A DNA stretch of 64,000 bases from an uncultured delta proteobacterium (lineage in GTDB: Bacteria > Desulfobacterota > RBG-13-43-22). The notes under the pieces are model-generated. The model saw only the letters and a program-made list of their open reading frames with translations, ran no database searches and had not been told where the DNA came from. The stretch covers positions 1,504,001 through 1,568,000 of the forward strand of contig CAWBOS010000012.1 of assembly GCA_963790475.1 (NCBI GenBank), written 5' to 3'. The position numbers and the translations under genes were made by a program. Position 1 is the stretch's first letter. The number at the start of each line of letters is the position of its first letter. Below, piece after piece: positions 48,363 to 57,545 of the stretch.

Positions 48363-49046
48363 ATGGACCTGGCCGTATTTAAGCAATGGGGTTCGGACAC
48401 GCTGCTTACCCTGGCCACTCTTTTAATAAAAACCTGGTTCAGTACCTGCCGCCCAAGGATCTTGCACGATGAGTATCATAAAGAGTTTTTTCTGGGTACC
48501 CGGCAATTCATAGGCGTCACCTGGCACCGGGCCTCCATCTTTTTTTGTTATTACTACGGTCCGTTTCATCCCATGGTGATGTTCAGCCAAAGTCAGGACG
48601 GGGAATATATGGCCCGGTTTGCCCAGAAATGCGGGGTTATTCCGGTCAGAGGGTCATCCACCCGTGGGGGGGAAAGGGGTTTGATCCAAATGATACGGTC
48701 TTTTCAAAGAGGAAACCGGATATGTTCCACGGTTTTGGACGGTCCCCAGGGCCCGCGTTTCAAGGCCAAGAAGGGCCTGCTTTTTTTGGCTAAAAAAACC
48801 GGTCTTCCCTTGCTCCCTTTTATCTGGTCGGCCCGAAGTCCCCTGACCCTTGAAAAAACCTGGGACAAAACCATGATTCCCAAACCCTTCAGTGAGGTTT
48901 TAATCAGCTATGGCCCTCCCTTGTTCGTTCCAAAAGAATGTACCGACCAGGAGATGGAGGTTTTGAGTTCAGAATTGGAGGGGCGTTTGAATGCCCTTAT
49001 GATTGAGGTAGATCAGGCCTGCGGCTATAAGACCCGATGGGAGTGA
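48363..49046 (+). CDS. DUF374/lysophospholipid acyltransferase family protein
   Basis: WH, SQSQDGE, VRGSSTRGG, DGPQGP, WDKTMIPKPFS. Confidence 0.88.
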   Translation: MDLAVFKQWGSDTLLTLATLLIKTWFSTCRPRILHDEYHKEFFLGTRQFIGVTWHRASIFFCYYYGPFHPMVMFSQSQDGEYMARFAQKCGVIPVRGSSTRGGERGLIQMIRSFQRGNRICSTVLDGPQGPRFKAKKGLLFLAKKTGLPLLPFIWSARSPLTLEKTWDKTMIPKPFSEVLISYGPPLFVPKECTDQEMEVLSSELEGRLNALMIEVDQACGYKTRWE

Positions 49047-49055
49047 GATTGGGGA

Positions 49056-49325
49056 TCAGTGGTAATACCCGCTGTGGAGCATACCTAATTTTTTCAAGTA
49101 GAAAATTTTGGCCAACTCCCGAAGAAGAAGATTGGTGGATTCTTCAATTTTTTCCAGATCCTGATCACTGAGAAATTCAGGTTGAAAGTGAGCTATCAAT
49201 TCTCTTAAGTTTTCCAGTTGATGGATGATATCCAGATGGATTGCCTGTCCTCCCATAAACTCATGCACTTCCAGGATGGTCTGAAGACAATTTTGTAAAC
49301 GAAGTTGCCGTTGATGGGTTTTCAT
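49056..49325 (-). CDS. Hypothetical helical protein
   Basis: 89-aa ORF in a gene-sized gap; RLQNCLQTILE...IEESTNLLLREL. Confidence 0.65.
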   Translation of the reverse strand: MKTHQRQLRLQNCLQTILEVHEFMGGQAIHLDIIHQLENLRELIAHFQPEFLSDQDLEKIEESTNLLLRELAKIFYLKKLGMLHSGYYH

Positions 49326-49493
49326 ATCCGATGGAGCCGGTATAGATGGATTTTTTTGAATCCATCCTTCTAGGTTATTATAAAATTATAGTTTCCCTTG
49401 ACCTTGACCAAAATTGAAAATTTTTCAAAACGCTTGCACCATTCAGGAAAAGAGATCCGGTCGATTCCCTCCATTAATTTAAGTCTAAGGGGG

Positions 49494-49961
49494 CTAACGT
49501 CCGGTCAGTTGCATACGGGTCTGAAGGGAAACCTGGAAAAGGTCTTTCCATTGAGACCAGGACTTTTTTATCTGTTTGCTGATTTCAGAAAGTTTTTCCG
49601 GGTGGAGCACTAAATTGACACTGTAAGAAAAGGCAGACAGCAAATCCCCTGTTTTGATATTTGTACCGAACCAGACTACAAAAATCTCTCTCCTTTGGTC
49701 CATGGACATATTTTGAATATATCCCAGTAAGGGATTCGGTTGGGAACCATCCAGATCAAACCCCTCGGAAAGAATAAGAAATTCAGGTTGTTCAAATTGA
49801 AGGATGGGAAATACTTCTTCTACTTTGTCGACCGACAGGGCATGACCCCCTTCTTCAAGAAAGGCTTCGACTAAAGGATCAACCCAGAGGGGTTGGACGG
49901 CAATCAAGACGGATCGATCGGCGAAAGGGTTATCTTCAACTCCTGTCCACAGCCGGCTCAT
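49494..49961 (-). CDS. Hypothetical receiver-like protein downstream of the pilT genes
   Basis: Same strand, 22 bp after the pilT paralogue; RREIFVVW...TGD..AFSYSVNLV. Confidence 0.7.
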   Translation of the reverse strand: MSRLWTGVEDNPFADRSVLIAVQPLWVDPLVEAFLEEGGHALSVDKVEEVFPILQFEQPEFLILSEGFDLDGSQPNPLLGYIQNMSMDQRREIFVVWFGTNIKTGDLLSAFSYSVNLVLHPEKLSEISKQIKKSWSQWKDLFQVSLQTRMQLTGR

Positions 49962-49982
49962 TTTTTCACTCTCTTTGTCCCT

Positions 49983-51149
49983 TTAAAATGATTTCTGATA
50001 TTCCTGATCCAAGGCCAGATTTCTTATGCTGGTTGTTTTTTCCCCCCGGCGACTTTTGATCTGGTCCATTCCCCGTTGAACGATGGCCCGTTTCGAGGCG
50101 TAGAGCAGGGCCGTTTCTTCGGAAATAAGCCCCTTCTCGAAATCCGCAATAATATCCTGATCGAAGGTTTGACACCCAAAGGGCTGGCTGGACTCCATAA
50201 TTTCATAGAAGGTTTTATCGGGGGACTCTCCATGCAGGATGAGATCTTGAACGCGTAGATTATTGAGCATGATCTCGAAAACCGCCACTCGTCTCTGATC
50301 GATTCGCGGCAGGAGTCTTTGACTGACCACCCAGCGCAGGGACCCTGACAGACGGATTCGAATCTGCCTTTCTTCTTCTTGATCGAAGAATCCTAGAATC
50401 CGGTTTAAGGTCTGGGTGGCATCGATCGTATGAAGGGTGCTTAACACCAGATGGCCGGTTTCGGCGGCGGTTAAGGCGATTTCCATGGTCTCCCTGTCCC
50501 TGATTTCTCCCACGAGAATGACCTTGGGGGCTTGACGTAAAGCGGCCCGCAGCCCATGGGAAAAAGACTCAAAATCGGCCCCTAATTCCCGTTGATTAAA
50601 AGTCGCCTTTTTGTGGTAATGAACTATTTCAATCGGATCTTCCAGGGTGATGACATGAACCGGATCGTTTTCATTGATATCATCAAGTATGGCCGCCAGA
50701 GAAGTGGTCTTTCCGGAACCGGTGGCCCCGGTGAAAAAAATAATTCCGTTTTTTTCCCGGGCCATTTTTTTAAAAACCAAGGGGAGGTTTAAGCTGTCAA
50801 TTGTGGGAATCTCGACCGGAAGTTTACGCATGATGATACTGTAATTATTCTTTTGTGAAAAGACGCTTACTCGAAATCTGACTTTATCCTGGATAGCATG
50901 GGAAAGGTCACAGGAACCTGTTCTAACCAATGTCTCAATTTTCCGGCGGTCCGAACGTAACAGATTCAGGGCAATGACCTCGGTTTGAAATGGGGTCAAA
51001 ACTTTGGTGGCCAAGTTTAATTGAACCGGTACGAGATTCCCATAGATTTCTACCTGGAAAGGACGCCCGACGGTTAAGTTGATATCCGAAATCTGAGGAT
51101 ATTGCTCTACGATTTTGGACAGGATGAAATCAAGTTCGGCTTGACGCAT
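49983..51149 (-). CDS. PilT/PilU-family retraction ATPase paralogue
   Basis: GATGSGKTT, LEDPIE, RAALRQAPKVILVGEIRD, ETGH. Confidence 0.92.
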   Translation of the reverse strand: MRQAELDFILSKIVEQYPQISDINLTVGRPFQVEIYGNLVPVQLNLATKVLTPFQTEVIALNLLRSDRRKIETLVRTGSCDLSHAIQDKVRFRVSVFSQKNNYSIIMRKLPVEIPTIDSLNLPLVFKKMAREKNGIIFFTGATGSGKTTSLAAILDDINENDPVHVITLEDPIEIVHYHKKATFNQRELGADFESFSHGLRAALRQAPKVILVGEIRDRETMEIALTAAETGHLVLSTLHTIDATQTLNRILGFFDQEEERQIRIRLSGSLRWVVSQRLLPRIDQRRVAVFEIMLNNLRVQDLILHGESPDKTFYEIMESSQPFGCQTFDQDIIADFEKGLISEETALLYASKRAIVQRGMDQIKSRRGEKTTSIRNLALDQEYQKSF

Positions 51150-51164
51150 GGGGTTTGGATTCCT

Positions 51165-52247
51165 TTATATTTCCGTAAAATCGGTGAGTAAATCTCCCGC
51201 ATAGGATCTAAATTTATCTTTAGCAATGCATTTATTATAAGCTTCTTCGCCGGAAATCCATCCTTTTTTAAGAAAGTCCATTATAGCATCATCCAAAGAT
51301 TGCATTCCAAATTTTTTTCCTGTTTGAATAACCGATGGAATTTGGAAAGTTTTACCTTCACGGATCAAATTTCGCACCGCATGGGTGGCGATCAGAATTT
51401 CCAGCGCGGCTATACGCCCTTTTCGGTCGATCCGCTTGAAAAGGGTTTGGCAAATTACCCCCCGCAAGGCATCAGCCAGTGTTGCCCGGATCTGGGCCTG
51501 TTGATCGGCCGGGAAGACTTCGATGATCCGATCAACGGTTTTTGAAGCGCTGATCGTATGTAAGGTAGCAAAAACCAAATGACCGGTTTCCGCGGCCTCG
51601 ATGGCCAAGGAAACCGTTTCCAGGTCTCTCATTTCTCCCACCAGAATAATATCCGGGTCTTCCCGCAGGGCTCCTCTGAGGGCAGCGGCGAAAGATCGGG
51701 TGTGTCTTCCGATTTCCCGATGATTAATGGTGCAGTTGATATTTTGATGTACGAATTCGATCGGATCTTCTATGGTCAATATGTGATCTTTACGGTCTCG
51801 GTTGGCCTCGTTGATAATAGCCGCCAGAGTGGTCGATTTTCCGCTCCCGGTCGGTCCGGTAACCAAAACCAACCCTTTGGGCAATAAGGCCATTCGTTTA
51901 ATGACCATGGGGAGCCCCAATTCTTCTACGGTTGCGATCTTACTGGGTATTTCCCGAAAGACCGCCCCCACACCGTGAAGCTGGCGGAAAAAATTGGCGC
52001 GATATCTGGCCAATCCGGGGATTTCATAGGAAAAATCAAGGTCTCCCGTTTCCTCAAATAGCTTAATTTTTTCCTCAGGGGTAATTTCATAGAGGAGGGC
52101 TTTTAAATCATCATTTTCCAGAACGGCATATTTTATCCTTTCCAGTTCTCCCCGAATCCGGAGGATCGGCTGGGAGCCGGAAGACAAATGCAGGTCCGAA
52201 GCCCCTTGCTCATGCATTAATTTGAAGAAAGCGTCTATCTGGGCCAC
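51165..52247 (-). CDS. pilT: Type IV pilus twitching motility ATPase
   Basis: ASDLHL, GPTGSGKST, REDPDIILVGEMRD, AVRNLIRE. Confidence 0.95.
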   Translation of the reverse strand: MAQIDAFFKLMHEQGASDLHLSSGSQPILRIRGELERIKYAVLENDDLKALLYEITPEEKIKLFEETGDLDFSYEIPGLARYRANFFRQLHGVGAVFREIPSKIATVEELGLPMVIKRMALLPKGLVLVTGPTGSGKSTTLAAIINEANRDRKDHILTIEDPIEFVHQNINCTINHREIGRHTRSFAAALRGALREDPDIILVGEMRDLETVSLAIEAAETGHLVFATLHTISASKTVDRIIEVFPADQQAQIRATLADALRGVICQTLFKRIDRKGRIAALEILIATHAVRNLIREGKTFQIPSVIQTGKKFGMQSLDDAIMDFLKKGWISGEEAYNKCIAKDKFRSYAGDLLTDFTEI

Positions 52248-52334
52248 TGATCGATATCCTTCGGTTTTTAATTTTTTTTAGAGATCAAAACATTCTCATT
52301 CGGCGGTGAAGGCGTTTTCATGAATTATACGGTT

Positions 52335-52673
52335 CTATTGAATCAACCAATTGATAAGCCAACTAACGATACTGATTAACAGGGCCCCAATTACCGCAGG
52401 CCAAAACCCTTGAATTATAAATCCTTTTATTATCAGGGAAACAAACCAGAGCATAGCGCCGTTGATGACCAAGGTAAAAAGCCCCAAGGTAATGATATTG
52501 ATCGGCAAGGTCAAAATAATCAAGATGGGGCGGATAAAGGTATTTAGAATACCGAGCAGGGCAGCGGCCATGAGCAGGGCTGGAGCCCCTGTGACCTGGA
52601 TCCCATTGACCAGATAGGTGGTTACTAAGAGAGCCAGGGCGTTGATCAGCCATTTGAACAGAATTCTACGCAT
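52335..52673 (-). CDS. YvlD/'phage holin 4' family membrane protein
   Basis: LLGILNTFIRPIL...PINIITLGLFTLVING. Confidence 0.9.
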   Translation of the reverse strand: MRRILFKWLINALALLVTTYLVNGIQVTGAPALLMAAALLGILNTFIRPILIILTLPINIITLGLFTLVINGAMLWFVSLIIKGFIIQGFWPAVIGALLISIVSWLINWLIQ

Positions 52674-52842
52674 AGTTTATAGTTAACATATTTAATCCGG
52701 AGAGTAAATTTTATTTTTATTGACTCCTAACCCAATAATTTGATAAAAAAAGTACAATGAGTTGGCAATAACGAGGTCAAGCATTTTTGACAAGTTTATT
52801 TGTGAGTAAAGCCCATTATTTAAAATTGGAAAGGAGATTGGC

Positions 52843-53733
52843 ATGGCGGCAAAGATTATCAGCGGTTCTGAAGTGGCTAAACAAATTCGAGAAGAACTAA
52901 AGCAGGAGGTGGAGCAGTTGAAGGCCCGGACAGGGGTTGTCCCCGGATTGGTGACCATTCTGGTTGGAGAGAACCCGGCTTCGGTCAGTTATGTTACTGC
53001 TAAACAAAAGACCTCAAAAGAATTAGGTTTTTTTTCCATTCAGGACAATCAGCCGGCCGATATTACTGAGGCGGCTTTGTTGTCCCTGATTGATAAATAT
53101 AATAAAGATCCCAAGATTCATGGGATACTGGTGCAATTACCCGTTCCCAAGCACATCAACGAGACCAATGTTCTTTATGCCATTGATCCCAAAAAAGATG
53201 TGGATGGGTTTCATCCGGTCAATGTCGGCAAACTAATGATCGGAGAGGCCGATTACCTGCCCTGTACCCCGGCCGGGATTCAGGAGCTCCTGGTCCGTTC
53301 CGGCGTTAAGACCAAGGGGGCTGAGCTGGTGGTTGTAGGGCGTTCCAATATTGTTGGAAAACCCATTGCCAATATCATGCTTCAGAAAAAAGAGGGGGCC
53401 AACTCCACAGTGACGATAGTCCATACCGGGACCCCCCAGGAAAAAATGATTGAACATTGCCGCCGGGCCGATATCCTGATTGTGGCTGCCGGCGTGGCTA
53501 AATATGTCAAGGCCGACTGGGTAAAAGAAGGGGCCGCGGTTATTGATGTGGGTGTCAACCGGATCGGTATGAGCGAATCCGGCAAGGCAATCCTGGCGGG
53601 AGATGTTGACTTTGAAACCGTAAAGGAAAAGGCGGGATTAATTACTCCGGTTCCAGGTGGAGTTGGACCAATGACCATCACCATGCTGATGAAAAATACG
53701 GTCAAAGCGGCCAAGATAGCTGCCGGTAAATAA
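52843..53733 (+). CDS. folD: Methylenetetrahydrofolate dehydrogenase/cyclohydrolase
   Basis: GILVQLP, KDVDGFHP, PCTPAG, GRSNIVGKP, TPVPGGVGPMT. Confidence 0.98.
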   Translation: MAAKIISGSEVAKQIREELKQEVEQLKARTGVVPGLVTILVGENPASVSYVTAKQKTSKELGFFSIQDNQPADITEAALLSLIDKYNKDPKIHGILVQLPVPKHINETNVLYAIDPKKDVDGFHPVNVGKLMIGEADYLPCTPAGIQELLVRSGVKTKGAELVVVGRSNIVGKPIANIMLQKKEGANSTVTIVHTGTPQEKMIEHCRRADILIVAAGVAKYVKADWVKEGAAVIDVGVNRIGMSESGKAILAGDVDFETVKEKAGLITPVPGGVGPMTITMLMKNTVKAAKIAAGK

Positions 53734-53885
53734 CGAAAACGAACAGCTTGCCTCGGGGTGAACCTGGGGGCGAAGGTTGGAGTTTTTTCCGTTTTTCGCA
53801 TTACTTTTATCATGACCGAAAACCAATGAGGATTGAGTCGACCCCCAAAGGTCATTTCATTCCGTTGAACAGGTTGTTAAACCGC

Positions 53886-53959
53886 TTGGATCCACAAGAT
53901 GGACTGGGACGGGGAAACCAAATTAAAAAGATCCCCGGACTATGTCCGGGTTTTTTTTT
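53886..53959 (+). promoter_or_regulatory. Putative pan RNA motif/attenuator upstream of panB
   Basis: ggatccacaagatggactgggacgg... followed by the terminator cccggac-ttat-gtccggg-T9 in the panB leader. Confidence 0.6.
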
Positions 53960-54049
53960 GGAAGAGACCCATGATTCAAATACTTAGGAGCCGAATTTCG
54001 AATTTCGAACTGGAACCGTTGAACATCTTCTCGAAAGAAGGAGGGCATT

Positions 54050-54904
54050 ATGGAACGAAAAAAAGTGACTAATCAAGATTTGGTAGCCAAGAAAAAGGCA
54101 GGCAAAAAAATAACCATGTTGACCGCTTATGATTTCGCCCTGGGTTCTTTTATCGATCAATCCGGGATTGATATGATTCTGGTGGGCGATTCGCTGGGAA
54201 TGGTGGTTTTAGGATATGATTCCACAGTCCCGGTGACTATGGATGAGATGATCCATCATTGCCGAGCTGTTCGACGAGGGGTGCGCTATGCCTTTTTGGT
54301 CGGGGATATGCCCTTTATGTCCTATAACGTCAGCAAGGAAGAGGCCGTGAGAAATGCCGGAAGGTTTTTAAAGGAAGCCGGGTGCGACGCGGTCAAACTG
54401 GAAGGGGGTTTGGAGGTAGCCGAAACCGTCAAGGCCATAGTGCTGGCCGGAATTCCAGTTATGGCCCATATCGGGCTAACCCCCCAAACCGCAGGTCAGT
54501 TGGGGGGGTTCAAAGTTCAGGGAAAGGATGCCCTCTCGGCCCAACGGCTGTTGGATTCAGCCCTGGCCCTGGAAGAGGCCGGAGCTTGTTCCATAGTTAT
54601 GGAATGTATCCCTGATAAATTAGCCGGTTTGATTTCCAAAACTTTGAAAATTCCTACAATCGGCATTGGGGCCGGCCCGGAATGCGATGGGCAAGTTCTG
54701 GTAACCAATGACCTGTTGGGCTTATTTGAAAGGTTTACTCCAAAATTTGTAAAACAATACATAAAGTTATTCCCTATGATTAAAGAAGCGGCTGAAGTTT
54801 ATAAGAAAGAGGTTGAAGCCGGAAAATTCCCCGGACCGGAACATTCCTTTGTCATGGAAACCAAAGAGTTGAGTCGAATAAAGATAAAGAAAAAAGGTAA
54901 ATAA
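54050..54904 (+). CDS. panB: 3-methyl-2-oxobutanoate hydroxymethyltransferase
   Basis: MLTAYD, LVGDSLG, DMPFMSY, KLEGG, HIGLTPQ. Confidence 0.98.
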   Translation: MERKKVTNQDLVAKKKAGKKITMLTAYDFALGSFIDQSGIDMILVGDSLGMVVLGYDSTVPVTMDEMIHHCRAVRRGVRYAFLVGDMPFMSYNVSKEEAVRNAGRFLKEAGCDAVKLEGGLEVAETVKAIVLAGIPVMAHIGLTPQTAGQLGGFKVQGKDALSAQRLLDSALALEEAGACSIVMECIPDKLAGLISKTLKIPTIGIGAGPECDGQVLVTNDLLGLFERFTPKFVKQYIKLFPMIKEAAEVYKKEVEAGKFPGPEHSFVMETKELSRIKIKKKGK

Positions 54905-54953
54905 GAAAAATAGTTATACAAAAAACCTGATAGACTGCATGAAGGAAAAACCG

Positions 54954-55905
54954 ATGAAAATAGCTGTAGTCGGCCCAGGGGCTATGGGTTGTCTTTTGGC
55001 CGGAAAAATCGCTCTTGCCGGTAATGAAGTCCTGATATTGGATCATGTACCGGAGCGTGTCGAAGTCATCAACCGGCAGGGTTTAGTCATCGAGGGGCTT
55101 CAGGGAACCCTTCAAGTCAAAGTCCCGGTCACCTTAAATCCGGAGGATCTATTGCAGGTCGAAGTGGTACTGGTCTGTGTCAAGGCCTATGATACCCGAA
55201 CCGTGTCCCAGACCCTTCAAGGCCTTGGTTCTGGTCCTTTCGTTTTGACCCTTCAGAATGGTGTTGGCAACGTGGAGACCCTGGGAAAATATCTCCCCAA
55301 AGAAAAAATATTAGCCGGAATTACCTCACACGGGGCTACCGATCTGGGCCCCGGTTGGGTGCGCCACGCCGGACAGGGAGATACTTTTATCGGCTATGGA
55401 TTCCCCAGGGGAGACAGAGACCTATCTCAAGACCCACAATTGATTAAGGTGAAAGAGTTGTTAAGCGAGGCCGGTTTTGTCACCCAACTGGTGCCTAAAA
55501 TTGAAAATTTGATCTGGAGTAAACTTTTAGTCAATGTCGGGATCAATGCCTTGACCGCCCTGACTCGTTTGCCGAATGGGAAACTTAATTGAATTCCCCG
55601 GGACGAAGGAAATTCTGGAGGAGGCCGTTCAAGAGGGCATTTGGATTGGGAAAAAGAAAGGCATTGAATTTATTTACCCCGATCCCCTGGGCCAGGTCAG
55701 AAAAGTTTGCCAGCTCACCAGTGCCAATATTTCTTCCATGCTCCAGGATGTCCTGAAGAAGAAAAGAACTGAAATCGATTTTATTAATGGGGTGATTGTG
55801 GGCGAAGGTCAGGGTTATGGTATTCCGATGCCAGTCAATTCCCTGTTGACCCGTTTGGTTAAAACGATTGAGGCTTCTTATGGGCAGACAGTGGGTGAGG
55901 GATGA
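54954..55905 (+). pseudogene. panE: 2-dehydropantoate 2-reductase, split by a 1-nt frameshift near 55587
   Basis: GPGAMG, VKAY, LQNG, WSKLLVN; continues in another frame as IEFPG...SSMLQD...TEIDFING; could be a sequencing error. Confidence 0.88.
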
Positions 55906-56036
55906 GATAGGTCGATTTTCAATTTCGGATTGCCGAAAAGGAGAATGAGGGATGATGGCGAATACAAGTTAGAGAGGGACGAGGAACAACTTATTAACAG
56001 CGTCCTATTGAAGCCGGTCGTCCCTCGTCTCAATTC

Positions 56037-56159
56037 TTAGGCTTGAGGAGCGGCTGCCGCTTCTTTGCCTGCCTTGGCCGCTAACTTCTTTCTTTTTTTC
56101 CGGCGTTGCCTTCTCCGTTCAATTTCCCGAACACGTTCAATCTTTTTATGTTTTGCCAA
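56037..56159 (-). CDS. Small basic protein (40 aa, DUF6800-like), absent from the ORF track
   Basis: TTG start after AGGAGG; MAKHKKIERVREIERRRQRRKKRKKLAAKAGKEAAAAPQA. Confidence 0.65.
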   Translation of the reverse strand: MAKHKKIERVREIERRRQRRKKRKKLAAKAGKEAAAAPQA

Positions 56160-56478
56160 AAAATCCCCTCCCTTCTTCTAAATATAAACAACCCAAAGCT
56201 GATAAATTCTTAAAAAGTCACTGAACAACTTCTTTTTCCATTATGGGAATAATGCCAGGTCCTGTCAAGCATCATATTATTCTTGGTTTCTTTTTGGTAA
56301 ATCCGGTCCAGAAAATTAGAAAGTTTAAAAAGATAACTACCTTCCTTGGGCGCTGTTTGATTCTTCCCCCATCGCTATTGTCCAAATTCACATTTTTTTG
56401 TGCAAATTTTCCTCCATTTCCCGACTCCATAAAAATATAACTTGTTGAAATATTTTAGCAATATCTTTTTCACTTTTG

Positions 56479-56494
56479 TGGCATATGTTTTGCA
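56479..56494 (+). promoter_or_regulatory. sigma54 (-24/-12) promoter
   Basis: TGGCATATGTTTTGCA has exact GG-N10-GC spacing. Confidence 0.7.
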
Positions 56495-56812
56495 TTTATC
56501 AAATTTTATGCTTAGTTATCCGAAAATTTATCTCCCGACTGGTGTCAATGAGACTCAATAATTTCAAGCAGTTTTGGAAAAAAAGACAGGGCTCTTTAGG
56601 GGTACCAAGGAAAAAGACAAGACGATCAAAGGAACGAGGATCAGAGAAAAAGCTTCCAAGGATGACCAAATTTTTTTTAAGGACGCAACATGAAAATTTT
56701 AATCGAAAGAATAGATTTTTTGTTATGGAGATCAAAATTTAAGCCGGACGCGGAGATTGCGCACCGGGGATGTTTTTGAAAGCTATCGGAGATAAAAACG
56801 AGGAGGATTAAA

Positions 56813-57058
56813 ATGGCCCAAACTAATCTGTTGATTAAGGAGTATTATTCTTTAAATCAGGATAAAATAGTCGATTGTCCTTTTCAACCCGGGAACCTGA
56901 GGATATCGAAAAGGGCCTGTCTCAAACGGCAAAAAGCCGCCCAAAGGAAAAAGCTTGAGACCTTCAAGGTCGAAGACCTGTTCAATTATTTCGTATCTCA
57001 AGGACTTTCGCGCTGTCAAGAATGCCCGATCATCGACAATCCGGTCTCTTTGTCCTGA
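56813..57058 (+). CDS. Small Cys-containing hypothetical protein
   Basis: RBS GAGGAGG; CPFQPG...ACLKR...CQECP. Confidence 0.7.
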   Translation: MAQTNLLIKEYYSLNQDKIVDCPFQPGNLRISKRACLKRQKAAQRKKLETFKVEDLFNYFVSQGLSRCQECPIIDNPVSLS

Positions 57059-57169
57059 CGGATTTGTGATAAGTCCCCGGTGTCGACTTCCCTTGATCAA
57101 TAATAATAAGGGAGGAGGGGATAATTTTTGGTTTTAACCCAATAGCCCCTTCGGGGAGGCAGGAAATTC

Positions 57170-57370
57170 ATGCTTCCGGTGTTAATCTTATATTTAGACC
57201 GAGATTATCAGGTCACCTATTGGATTATTCGAGATGAGGTTAAAATATTTTCCCAGGTCACCATTCCTCAGGCCATCCAATTATTAAAAAACTTTGAATT
57301 TGATCTGATTATCTCCGATCCTCAAAATATTGCCATTTTCAAACCCTCATCTCTCCTTGGAACAAGCTAA
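57170..57370 (+). CDS. Small hypothetical protein resembling a partial receiver domain
   Basis: QAIQLLKNFEFDLIISD segment. Confidence 0.5.
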   Translation: MLPVLILYLDRDYQVTYWIIRDEVKIFSQVTIPQAIQLLKNFEFDLIISDPQNIAIFKPSSLLGTS

Positions 57371-57545
57371 GTCTATAAGCATTTTTCTACCGGAACTGGT
57401 TTTTCCAGGATTGATGCTGCCGGAGAATCGGAAGTCTGGTACAGTCCCAAACCTGGCCTGTAATTCTTTCCAGTGGGGAATAAGTCCCAACCCATCAGCG
57501 GCATGTCTTATCATAATGTTGGAAAGTTCAAACAAGGCAGTAAGC

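Noticed and set aside
52335-52673. Holin-family gene as evidence of a prophage
   Set aside because: YvlD-type proteins are common chromosomal membrane proteins; the neighbours are pilT and folD, and no phage genes are present.
56640-56700. GGACGCAA as part of a c-di-GMP-I riboswitch
   Set aside because: The matching GCAAAC stem and GNRA tetraloop hairpin are not present.
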